A stretch of DNA of 64,000 bases. Origin: a virus. Its lineage: Duplodnaviria; Caudoviricetes. The stretch covers positions 288,001-352,000 of the IMG/VR virus record IMGVR_UViG_3300017716_001697. One strand, given 5' to 3'. The notes under the pieces are model-generated. The model did not search any database and was not told the DNA's origin. It was given only the letters and a program-made list of their open reading frames with translations. How positions within the stretch are numbered: position 1 is the first letter of the stretch; every line of letters begins with the position of its first letter. A program made the translations under genes and the position numbers. Positions 9,543 to 20,100 of the stretch are shown here, piece by piece.

Positions 9543-10399
9543 TTAGTTGCTACCGCTATTTCTAATTTGTCAATCATACTATCTGTTAACCAATCTTTTA
9601 TGTGATAATGAAAAGGTAACGACTGTGCGTAATTACCTATCTTAAAGCTACCGTCTTCCTTGAAGTATGTCGGTATATGTTTCGTCCAGTCCTCGGATAT
9701 AAATTTCTCGCTTATATTCTGAAGATGCCCCTTCATGTGCACAAACGACGGCATAGAGTCTAGATTACCAAAACATTCATTTTCTATACCGAGCAACTTA
9801 ATCGCGAGTGCATACGCCACATCTCCGGACAGGTGTTTAGGCCGAGTCTGATCTAGGAATTCATAGAAGAATCTTTCCCAATTATTAAATATAATTTCTA
9901 TCATCTTAAACAATTCTGCAGTAAATTCGGTCTTCTTAAAATACATGAATGCAGTATACACGTTTGGCAAATCATTTGCAACAAACGAATCCCTGTAGCG
10001 TGTAGATGTAATAACTTCGCCGCGATATGTTCTCGGTTTATTCGTTATCCATACATCCTGCGATGCCATAATGTCCCACCAGTGACTTATATCTTCCGGA
10101 AATAGCATGTCGGCATCTAGTATAACAGTTTCGTCAAACGGAGTCATGTAATAATACTTCCATTTATTTTCGATTTTCCATTTAGAATTTGCCGCATGAT
10201 CAATCCATGGAATAGGTATTATATGGTCAAAGACTGCTATAACTTTCGGATCAAGTAACGCAATGTTGGCATCAGTCGCAAGGCATATCTTATTTTCAGA
10301 CGACTGGCTGTTCTTTATGCTTAATGCAAGTGCATAGGCCATTCGAATGTAATCTTCGTTGCACGAATCCTGGGCTAAGACTAGATATCCTCTGCTCAT
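9539..10399 (-). CDS. GT-A glycosyltransferase (GT8-like)
   Basis: Start MSRGYLVLAQ at 10399 (ATGA overlap); LALSIK, TPFDETVILDADML DxD motif. Confidence 0.7.
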   Translation of the reverse strand: MSRGYLVLAQDSCNEDYIRMAYALALSIKNSQSSENKICLATDANIALLDPKVIAVFDHIIPIPWIDHAANSKWKIENKWKYYYMTPFDETVILDADMLFPEDISHWWDIMASQDVWITNKPRTYRGEVITSTRYRDSFVANDLPNVYTAFMYFKKTEFTAELFKMIEIIFNNWERFFYEFLDQTRPKHLSGDVAYALAIKLLGIENECFGNLDSMPSFVHMKGHLQNISEKFISEDWTKHIPTYFKEDGSFKIGNYAQSLPFHYHIKDWLTDSMIDKLEIAVATK

Positions 10400-11271
10400 T
10401 TGTATAATCCAATCAGTGTATCGCTGTGGCGATTTATCGACCATTTATTCATAATGTGGATATCTTGGTCTTTTATTCTAGCCATTGTGTAAGTACCTTT
10501 CGCTGGCTTTTCTGCAAATATAGTAATATCATTTAGCCCATTTACTGAATGAATATCGTGTGTATCCCAGGACATCATTAATCCAGGTATAGGCAGATTT
10601 ACTGTTGACGAGTTTATATTCGAGAACCCATTTAACATGTGCACCGCTATACTGAACGCATTATCGTTTCTAAACATACCATTTGAGAAATAGTACAGTT
10701 GCTTATAATATGCATAATTATCTTGTATATGCCTTACTGTGTCGAATAGAAACTCTGCATATTCGCATTTCTTGAAGTATATAACTGTAGCCCAATATTG
10801 TGTTATGCCAAAGTCGTCTATATTCTTAACATAAGGCTCATCTGAATTTCCGGGATTAAAGATCCTGTTGTCAATCATAACTTCGGAATCACTGCCCCAA
10901 CATTTATCAAGCGCATCACTCATTATAAGATAATCAGCATCAATAAACAACGTTTCATCATATGGTGATAAGCTATATGCTTCCCAGTGATTACAATTAT
11001 AGAATTGTAATGTTTTACTAGCAGTAGCATCTGCATAGCTTCGTTTATTGCTAAAATTAGTGTCTGATTTGACTGTTAGTATATTTTCGAAACACTGATT
11101 TATTAATTCATCACCTAACGATTTCTTGCCCCAGCCCAGAGTACCAGCATCAGTTACTAATGTAACCTTTACTTGTAGATTTTTCTGCACCATCAGTGCA
11201 TTAGCACATGCTACCTTAAAATAATCAATTTCGGTATTGTTGTGTGCATACATTAATACGCCACGTGTCAT
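10396..11271 (-). CDS. GT-A glycosyltransferase (GT8-like), paralog of the downstream gene
   Basis: MTRGVLMYA start, SPYDETLFIDADYL DxD motif, W.TVIYFKK shared with the neighbour. Confidence 0.7.
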   Translation of the reverse strand: MTRGVLMYAHNNTEIDYFKVACANALMVQKNLQVKVTLVTDAGTLGWGKKSLGDELINQCFENILTVKSDTNFSNKRSYADATASKTLQFYNCNHWEAYSLSPYDETLFIDADYLIMSDALDKCWGSDSEVMIDNRIFNPGNSDEPYVKNIDDFGITQYWATVIYFKKCEYAEFLFDTVRHIQDNYAYYKQLYYFSNGMFRNDNAFSIAVHMLNGFSNINSSTVNLPIPGLMMSWDTHDIHSVNGLNDITIFAEKPAKGTYTMARIKDQDIHIMNKWSINRHSDTLIGLYK

Positions 11272-11627
11272 TATACGTCCTTAATATCTAGGATGGATTT
11301 AACACTCCTTGATTGTTTGATTATTTGTGATTCCCTAAAGTAGTCATTTGTTACTTCAAAGTATAAGGTTGTGATTTTCTGCAAGAATGCAGCAGTGTCT
11401 TTGATAGACACCGGAGATTTATTGTCGTCAAGCAATGTAGCTTCTGAATATCCGTTGCGCACTAGATAATCAAGGAAACATATTAGTTGTTGGTTTATTG
11501 TGAATTTTCCACCAGCTTCGGCCACCATAAGTGTACCTTCAGCCTTAGTCTTTAATTTGTGGAGTTGGTTGTTAAGTGTTTGCTTATAATTGGCAAACGC
11601 AATTGCATTTTGTAATCTGTCGTCCAT
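11271..11627 (-). CDS. hypothetical protein
   Basis: 118 aa; first gene after the GATAAATA at 11646-11653. Confidence 0.7.
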   Translation of the reverse strand: MDDRLQNAIAFANYKQTLNNQLHKLKTKAEGTLMVAEAGGKFTINQQLICFLDYLVRNGYSEATLLDDNKSPVSIKDTAAFLQKITTLYFEVTNDYFRESQIIKQSRSVKSILDIKDV

Positions 11628-11645
11628 TAAAACCCCCGTTAAAGC

Positions 11646-11653
11646 TATTTATC
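11646..11653 (-). promoter_or_regulatory. putative late promoter GATAAATA
   Basis: Intergenic, 19 nt upstream of 11627, inside an inverted repeat (11636-11667). Confidence 0.6.
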
Positions 11654-11687
11654 GTTAGCATTAACGGTGGTTATTAGTTTTGGTCTA

Positions 11688-12635
11688 TTACATTGTTGAT
11701 GTAAATACAGGGTTGATAATTGTAGGTAATGCAATTACGACAGCATCGGTTGATCTAAGAGTATTAATATGAAATGTAGTGATGCCTGTCTTTGTGTTCG
11801 GTAGCGCATCTAAGTCGTCCATTTCAAACTTCAAATCTACAAGGCCACTAGCACCGGCTGATGCATATTTTGCACTAACTGTAATAGAGCTACCAGCATA
11901 ATATGGGCCACTTGTTGGGACGCCGTGATACAAAATCTTATACGAATTTGTTAAGCTATAGAACCCAACATTAGGCACTGCGCCACCAATAGTGTTAGTT
12001 GTTGTGAAATAATTCATTACAGTCGGCGCGCTCATGTTTGATAACAATGTATTCCACATAACATCCTCTGGTGAAGATGTCGGTGTATACGACCCCGTAA
12101 ATGAAAGATAACCGCCGGTGTTGAAGAAATATCGTGCGTTATCCCATGAACCAAAATTAACCTGACATGTAAATGTTAATTTAGATTTCCATGATCCTGA
12201 GGATTGCGTCTGTGCGGCACCCGACACTAAAGTGGATTGTCCTAACGCTAAATTGAATCTATTTGTTATCAGCGATGTTACTACTGAACTAAAAGTTGCA
12301 GGGGTATTATGCGCAGTGACAACATTACCTGCCACTGGGTCAGCAACAGGCAACGGTGGAGAAACAGTTGTACCCTGATGTGTACCAGACGCCCTCATCG
12401 TATCGAACAATGCGGCCCATTCTGACGCCTGCACAGGTGCTCCTACGAGCACAGTGGATAGCGATGGCGTACGGCCATAGCCGTACGTACACGGATCGGT
12501 AGGATTGTATGTTCCTAATGTTAGTGGCACAGTCCCCGGATACAAATCGGAATACACTTGATTCATTCCACCCACTAATGTAGAAAAGGTGTTATAGTCA
12601 AGGGCCTGTATTGGGCCGCCTGTAGCGTAAGTCAT
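11688..12635 (-). CDS. putative virion structural protein
   Basis: 315 aa, Thr/Ser/Gly-rich beta-type composition, in the tail/baseplate strand block. Confidence 0.55.
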   Translation of the reverse strand: MTYATGGPIQALDYNTFSTLVGGMNQVYSDLYPGTVPLTLGTYNPTDPCTYGYGRTPSLSTVLVGAPVQASEWAALFDTMRASGTHQGTTVSPPLPVADPVAGNVVTAHNTPATFSSVVTSLITNRFNLALGQSTLVSGAAQTQSSGSWKSKLTFTCQVNFGSWDNARYFFNTGGYLSFTGSYTPTSSPEDVMWNTLLSNMSAPTVMNYFTTTNTIGGAVPNVGFYSLTNSYKILYHGVPTSGPYYAGSSITVSAKYASAGASGLVDLKFEMDDLDALPNTKTGITTFHINTLRSTDAVVIALPTIINPVFTSTM

Positions 12636-12653
12636 ATATTATCTCCAGTTGGT

Positions 12654-13154
12654 TTAAGAATAGACCGCTGGGAATATTTGGCGATATGCTCCATTTGCCC
12701 ATATAGAAATAACTGATCCTACAATAAGGATATCGCCGTCTTCTTCTAACCCCGGAGTCGGATTAACAACAGGTACGTGGCCGCCGCGAATAATAATTTC
12801 GCCTGCTGGATTTGCCACAACCACCTGACTCCAGTTTGCTGCGCCACCCGAAGTTGCACTAGAATTTCTGACGTGCAACACCCCTGTAGTGGTAGATGTC
12901 TTTTCAAACCACAGCTGACCTTGTACCGCGAATGCGTCACCTGGCCTAAATGCTGTAGTGCTTGCAAAGTTCTCAGTCATTTGCAAGAAGTTTTGTGCAG
13001 TAGGTGCACCGTAATTAATTGCGTTACGGCCTACAAGCTGAGTACCGACACCAACACCCGGGCCGTGTGCATTTGCATTATAGAATGCGGTATCTATTGC
13101 ATTATCCGGCACAATAACCGGTGTACCGTCTGCATGATAAATTGTGTATGACAT
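12654..13154 (-). CDS. putative virion structural protein
   Basis: 166 aa; QLVGRNAINYG..AQNFLQMTENFA motif seen in large-myophage structural proteins; GATAAATA at 13178-13185. Confidence 0.55.
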   Translation of the reverse strand: MSYTIYHADGTPVIVPDNAIDTAFYNANAHGPGVGVGTQLVGRNAINYGAPTAQNFLQMTENFASTTAFRPGDAFAVQGQLWFEKTSTTTGVLHVRNSSATSGGAANWSQVVVANPAGEIIIRGGHVPVVNPTPGLEEDGDILIVGSVISIWANGAYRQIFPAVYS

Positions 13155-13183
13155 TAGTGAAATTCCTTAGTTTTTGTTATTTA

Positions 13184-13945
13184 TCAATTTGCACCCATCT
13201 GTATGCGTAAGGTGTAGATGATTTCGAGTGACCTGTTTGATGCTTTTTGAATTGGATGAAAAACAACATGTGTTATCATCAACTTAGATTTGGCACCTAT
13301 TTGCTTAGAGAAATTTACGCCCTGGTTAATAAAATTATCAACCTCGGAAGTTGTTTGAGTAAAATTACCAGCAAATAAATTCTCAGACCCAACGAACAGG
13401 CCTATTTCGTTGAATACCATCTCGTTTGCGTTAGAGATACCGTTTGTTGATAACGGAGTACCAACGAACGTCGAATTATCGAGTAACGATTGTGTTATAG
13501 AAGTTGGGCCTGCTGCACTCGACGGCGGCTCGCTGTAGCTTAACGTAACATCCACGACTATGTCTTCGTAATTCGTAGATATATCAGCAGACGGGATATA
13601 TGCCTTAGAAAACTGTTGATAGTTCAGGGAATCAGTTGAATCATTTGATAATTTCTTTACGTATATAGTGTTATACAAATTAGCGGTAGGATTCTTTACT
13701 AAACTAGACGAACCACCGATTGACGGTTTGTATGAAATGATACCGGTCGGGCCGACATATGCTCCGCCATTACCGAATGCCATATAGCACAGAAAGCTAT
13801 CTGGATTACCTATAAGGGCGTGCGCCAAAGCGGTAGATAGGTTCCCATATAGGACATCATTATGAGTATCAAGTAATACCTCTTTAGTATCTTTATCAAT
13901 AATCTTAACAAATCCCTGGATTGAACCACGAATAAATTCCTGCAT
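13184..13945 (-). CDS. putative baseplate/tail structural protein
   Basis: 253 aa; FNEIGLF and THVVFHPIQKASNRSLEIIYTL motifs; downstream of the giant baseplate gene. Confidence 0.55.
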   Translation of the reverse strand: MQEFIRGSIQGFVKIIDKDTKEVLLDTHNDVLYGNLSTALAHALIGNPDSFLCYMAFGNGGAYVGPTGIISYKPSIGGSSSLVKNPTANLYNTIYVKKLSNDSTDSLNYQQFSKAYIPSADISTNYEDIVVDVTLSYSEPPSSAAGPTSITQSLLDNSTFVGTPLSTNGISNANEMVFNEIGLFVGSENLFAGNFTQTTSEVDNFINQGVNFSKQIGAKSKLMITHVVFHPIQKASNRSLEIIYTLRIQMGAN

Positions 13946-13946
13946 C

Positions 13947-14096
13947 TTAACCCCTTTTATTTACAAACACTTCGCCTGTATCTTTATCTCTTATCAGCAC
14001 ATGACAATGTACTTCTACATTAGCAATATCCATATACCCGGATTCCTTTACTGGCTCGGGTTTCGGTGTGTCTACTTTGTCTTCAACGTTGTCCAT
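13947..14096 (-). CDS. small 49-aa protein missed by the ORF track
   Basis: MDNVEDKVDTPKPEPVKESGYMDIANVEVHCHVLIRDKDTGEVFVNKRG*; AAGGA RBS; GATAAATA at 14118-14125; stop 1 nt before the next ATG. Confidence 0.75.
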   Translation of the reverse strand: MDNVEDKVDTPKPEPVKESGYMDIANVEVHCHVLIRDKDTGEVFVNKRG

Positions 14097-14150
14097 AATG
14101 TCCTTTGCTATTTGCTTTATTTATCATCATAATTATATACTCATTTTATA

Positions 14151-17100
14151 TTACAGGATTGCAGTACCTGGCTCACGCTTTAGCATCTCTGCTTCGGGGG
14201 TCGCAGCATACCAGATACCACCATCCGACGCCTTTGTTATGTTTGTGTACATATCCGAATCCCACCCGTAGCTATCCCACGGCAAGAAATCATATTGCCC
14301 CGGACCGGTTACTCCAGCAGGGTCGACTGCATTCCATACAGTGCTGTTGGAGATAGCAGGTAACTCATTGAATTTTTCAATCCAGACAATATTCGGTACC
14401 AGTGTTAATGGATCTGCGAAACTAGGTACAAGGGCAGTGTGTTCAACAGGCGCTGTACCATTTGTTCCGCGACGTACCAAAGATAACTCCCATGTGTTGG
14501 CCGCAGATTCGGTCTTTGATCTGTACTCAATTCGTTCACCGTTAATCCATATAACGCCCGGTGTCGAGCTAGGACCCGGGTTAGGTAGAATATCTGTAGT
14601 TATAGGATGTGTCAACGGATCGATAAACACAGTAATAATTTCGGTATAATCTGTTCCAGCTGATGGTGCAGGCAAATCAAACATTAATATACCCGAATCT
14701 AATTCAGAATTTCTATAGATATGATTTTGCCCTATGCCTAAATTCTGCCTGTAACTAACAGTCACTGGCAAGAATTCCAGTGTAACAGGGTCAGCAGGAT
14801 TATATATAGGGCTTCCACCTGCAGCGACTATCTGTGCCGCAACCAATGGATCGACATCGGATACGGAATCACCCCACGGTGCATATGGATGCAATATACC
14901 ACCTACATTGTTAACAGGCAGACGTGTATCTACATTAACAACAAAGTCATCTTTAGGGAAACCGTATGCAACTTCTGTACGGTTTGTTCCGTAGTTAAAG
15001 CGCATTATTCCGCCACCATTCCACAACACTAGCGCAACAGGTGTTGATGCCACAGGTGCAAAGAAATATGCTGTATAATTAAGGTCTACTTCATTGTACT
15101 CTACATAATAATCCTTGCCATACAACAATATGTCGGCACCAATTGTAACGCTAACAACACTAGACGGTGTAATGAATGTCTGTGGATTGTTTAAATTGAT
15201 ACTGTTAAAATCAAATGTGTAAGGATACAACTGTGAATAGCCGATCTTAGAAGCATCAAAATTAGTCAACTCTATTGTGTAGACATCCTCTTCTGCTACA
15301 AATTGTTTTGCTAAACATGTATCCCACCAGAATGTATCCCATTGCGAATTTGCTAATGGATCAATACAGTTGACTTCCCACGGTGCAGGTGCATATGGAT
15401 CTACTGTAAGTGAATAATTTTCAGGGCAGACATCCCAGGACACTGCTTCCCAATATCCTACTTCGTTCGGATCTTCGCAGCTAACGTCCCAGTTACCATT
15501 TTCGTAAGGGCCACCAAAATCAGGGCCGAACTGGATGATAGTCTTAAGTTTGAAATCATTATCAAACGCTGTACCTGTTGCAATATCAGAAATAAGGTGA
15601 GTACTCGTGTAATCACGTATTTGTGTATGGTAAGGCTTAGAATCAACAATATAACTCATGATATTGTTAATCTGATCTGGTTGATAGATACGAGATTGTT
15701 TAATCGGTATGTTATTTTCCTTTATGTATATGTAGGAAGACTTGAATGCCCAATTCTGGTTCTTCTGCTCGCTGAAGACATAATTCAACATTGCAAAATA
15801 CAATTCATTCTGGAACACAACATAACTATTAACGAACACTTCTGTTCTAAATGCCTTTAGAAGTTCTCTTAATTCAACCGATAATCCATATACATTATGT
15901 GTTGTATATATCGTATCTAGTAATTTTATAGCAGATGCTTCTATACCGACCTTCAAGAAACTCTGTGTAGCGACATTGGTGTTAAGTTGCACAACTGCAT
16001 ACAACACATATCTTCCATCAGGTGTTCCTTCAATTACTTCGACAATTGCGCCAGTGTTTAGCTTACCGGCATTCAGTGCAGTAGTGGCCTGTGTAAGCGA
16101 TGTGAACACAACAGATGGTGCTACATCGTCGTAACCGAGTTCATACCATGTTGTGTAATCCCAGTATTCGCTTGTTTTAACGCCTGTGTTCCAGTCTGGT
16201 GTCTTGTCCCTGATAGCGATACGTTTTAGCAAATTGTTACCTGCTTGCACAAATATCTTTCTTGCTGCGTAAAGATCCATGAACATACCCTGACGTGGGC
16301 GGTAAGTGATACCGAACTTCTCAGCTTCGCTCAACGATGGATCAGGTACAGGTAACACTTCGCCGTAGAATGCTGATACTGTGTCAATTGCATCATCCCA
16401 CGGTGCTATATCCCATCCGTATATATCCCACGGTAAGTCATGCCCAACAAAGATGCTGTTACTCCACTCTTCAGATGCAGGTAGTACCTTTGTGTATGCA
16501 CAAATACTATCTACCATTTTATTCCAGAATTGATCAGTAATCAACGATGCAGTGTCACCTTCGCGGAATAATTTCCATTGCGAATGCTCTTGGTCGTTAC
16601 GTTCTGCAAGACGATACTTGATCTGAACATTATCACCCTTGTAGGCAAGAATTTCTTGTACATTATAGAACATGTAAGAATTGTTTATTTCGGACTGTTG
16701 TATAGGCGAGAAGAATACAAACTGCTGACTTCTAGGTGCGAATAGCAATCTAGAAACATCAAGGGCAGCTAGTGTACGATTTTCGATAACAGGCTTACTA
16801 ATAGGATTTAACACCCAGAAGTAATAGTTAACTTCGGTTATGTTAGTAAATCTGTTCGAAGATTCTATTCTTACATAGGTAGTCAAACTTCTAGGTGTAC
16901 CAGATCCTGCATATTTTGCAGGTGGAACTGGACTCTTAACCCATTCGTAAATATCTACAGAACTGCCTGGAAACATTTGTCCCCAACGATCGCGACGGTA
17001 CACTAGATTTTGTGTAGGTGTTTCACTACCATCTAAAGCAGCAGGTTGTTCATAATAAGCATATCTCATGCTAGACATATCCCACCATAGTTTACCAACT

Positions 17101-20100
17101 TGTGGTTCACCGAATATAATGTTTTCACTATAAAGACGTGCATCCCCGGTGACATTATATCTTGCAGGATCTTGCAATAACATATATGTGATATTCTGTT
17201 TTGCAGGACCAGGTAAGATTGCCTTAAATGGATCATACACTGGAAGCAATACCAATTCGTTTTCGATTCTGCGCTGGAATACCTGCGCACTACTGAACAA
17301 CGAAGTGTTGATTAATGTTTCTTGCACACGGTATGGTGTGAAGTACATTGGTCCAATGGTATCCCATCCGTAGTCGTATGTGTACGGATAAGCCCAGAAT
17401 TCCTTCACAGTAGGATCCCAGTAAGTAATGTCCCAATAGCCAGGATCTGCTGTAATCCTGACGACTGCCCATTTATTAGCAATATCGTCGACCCATATTA
17501 GATCACCTAAGCCTACATACTTAGGTAACAACGGTTCAATCGGCTGCTCAGTCCAGCGCATTGTCTTGAACAATAGCAAGTCGGTAAAGAATTCAAATAC
17601 CCCGATTTCGTCGGCTTGTATAGGGTCACCAGCTACATTTAATAATTTATAACTGTTATAAGATATCAGTGTAGTAGGATCTGTGTATAATCCGTTATCT
17701 TCGAATCTAACTGCATAGTTTGTTGCAGGATCAACCTTTCCATCAATAACAATCTGCAAACAAATCATATTACCGTAATCAGTTCTACCATCAGACGATG
17801 CTGAAAGTTGTGGTAATATTTCTTGATTTACTACATTCTGATATCCACTTCCTTGGTTCACTACAGCTACAGAGACAATCTGTCCTGCATTAGTAACTGA
17901 TGTAATTTGGAACTTAGCGTCTACATATCCGGGATCATACGAAATTGCCCTGCTTGCGACAATTACATCAGCGGAAGAATACCCCGTGCCTTGATCAACA
18001 ATAGTTACAGAAGTTATATATCCATTATCGTCTACAGTAGGATATAATACAGCACCGTAACCTGTTGCTGTCTGAGTCGCTTGCTCAATGGTTATAATAG
18101 GCGTAATTTCGTATCCTGAGCCGCCATTGGTAATAGTGAATCCTGTGATAACACCGTATTCAATTATTGCTGTAACTTTTGCTGTTTCTGTACACGGCCC
18201 GTCGATAATGATTTCGGGTGTAACGGTATAATAACCACCAGGATTAGTAAGTTCAATAGATGTAAGTATCCCGTCGGTTATCTCTGGATATAATACAGCA
18301 GGTGTCGTAGAAGATCCTGTTATCGTAATCGTAGGTGTGGTTGTGTAACCGCTGCCACCTTCGGTTATAGTAACTTTGTTTATAACCCCATTATTAATGG
18401 TAGATGTAAAAGATGCATCTACAATGGCAGGTACTGGCAATGTTACTACCGGATTTGTGCTATATCCAGCGCCCGGATTAGTGATGCTGACACTTGTTAT
18501 GATACCGCCCACGATGCCAGCAATGCCTGTAGCGGTGATTGCGATAGGTGCGTCGACTACACATGTAGGAGGAATCATAAAATATGATCCTCCGTCTACT
18601 ATATCAACATCAATAAGTTTTCCATCAACTATTACTGCATTCAATACAGCCGGATGATACGTAAATCCACCTACTACAGTAATTACGGGAATTGTTGTAT
18701 AATATCCACCTTGCTCCGTAATAGTAGCAGTGTTAACAACACCATCTTCTGTTGTACATGTCAATGATGCAGGTGTCGTACATGGCCCCGTAATTACCAA
18801 TGATGGTGGTGTTAGATATCCACTTCCGCCATCATCAATAGTGGCCGAAGTAATGACGCCATCAGTAACATATATTGTAATTTGAGCAGATGTTATATTG
18901 CTTCCTACTACAGAAATTGTTGGTGGAATAAAATTACTATATCCGGTACCGCCGTTAACGATAGTTACACCAGTAACAACTCCGTCGGCTGTCGATAAAG
19001 TTACTTCGGCCCGGGTTGTTACTGGTGGCGCAATAGTAAGTATCGGTGCGGAAGTATAGCCGGAACCAGATACAACAATCGTTAAATTACCAACAATGCC
19101 ACCGATTGCTGTTGCAGTTATGACGCCACCAATTAGAGACGGTTTTACCGCAGTTACTGTAGGTGGTACTGTGTATCCAGAACCACCGCTAGCAATGTAT
19201 ATCCCGTTGATAACTCCGCCTGCAATAGTTGCCAATGCAGACGCAGGTGTAGTACATGCGCCGGTAATTGAAATTTCCGGCGCAACTGCATATCCACTGC
19301 CACCGTTTACTATGCTAATACTGGTTACTACGCCATCTGCTATCTCAACAATTGCCGACGCCGGGGTTATACATGCACCAGTAATTTCGACTGTAGGTGC
19401 AACTGCAAATCCACTACCACCATTTACTATGATAAAATTAGTAATGATACCGTCTGTTATATTTGCATTTGCGGACGCATCACTAGGTGGAATGATGTCA
19501 AGACGACTACGAGTTTCACGATCGGTTAGCAGTAACAAATCAGATGCAGTTTGTGCCACTCTCCATGTATTAGCAAGGTACGGTGCTGATTTTATATTCA
19601 CCATCTTATAGACATCCCAGTCTTCTGTGAATGTCTTAGCAACCCATACTGTGTCATTTTCTGCAGGATTGAATAATCTTGTGCCCCACAATGTTTGTGT
19701 CTGGATAGGGTCAAATGATGTCCATGTGACGTCATTGAAATTCACATATCCTGCGTTTGGCATAGAATATTCTATGTTGGTCGTAGTCGGGAATTCCAAC
19801 GAATATGCTGGATCATTTGGTCTAACAATCCATTTTGCCACATCATCGACATCAATGTCGACTACATTATCAAGCTTCTCGTCTCTAGCTATCTGGCCTT
19901 GCCATACGGCATACAATCTGTCTAACTGGTGTAGATCTACAGTTGATTCAACAGTAACATTAGGTGCCGATAGATATCCATATCCTTTGTCTGTCATATC
20001 TACACGCGAAATTTTGCCAAGCGCATCTAATACTGCGAATGCTTTTGCAGGACGTAGCGGACCAGTCAGACCCGGATCTGTAGGATCAGCATCGGGAAGA

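Noticed and set aside
4260-11271. Cellular (host chromosome) or giant-virus origin of the sugar cluster
   Set aside because: The genes are interlocked with the phage structural block by overlapping stops/starts and the same late motif; no integration boundary is evident
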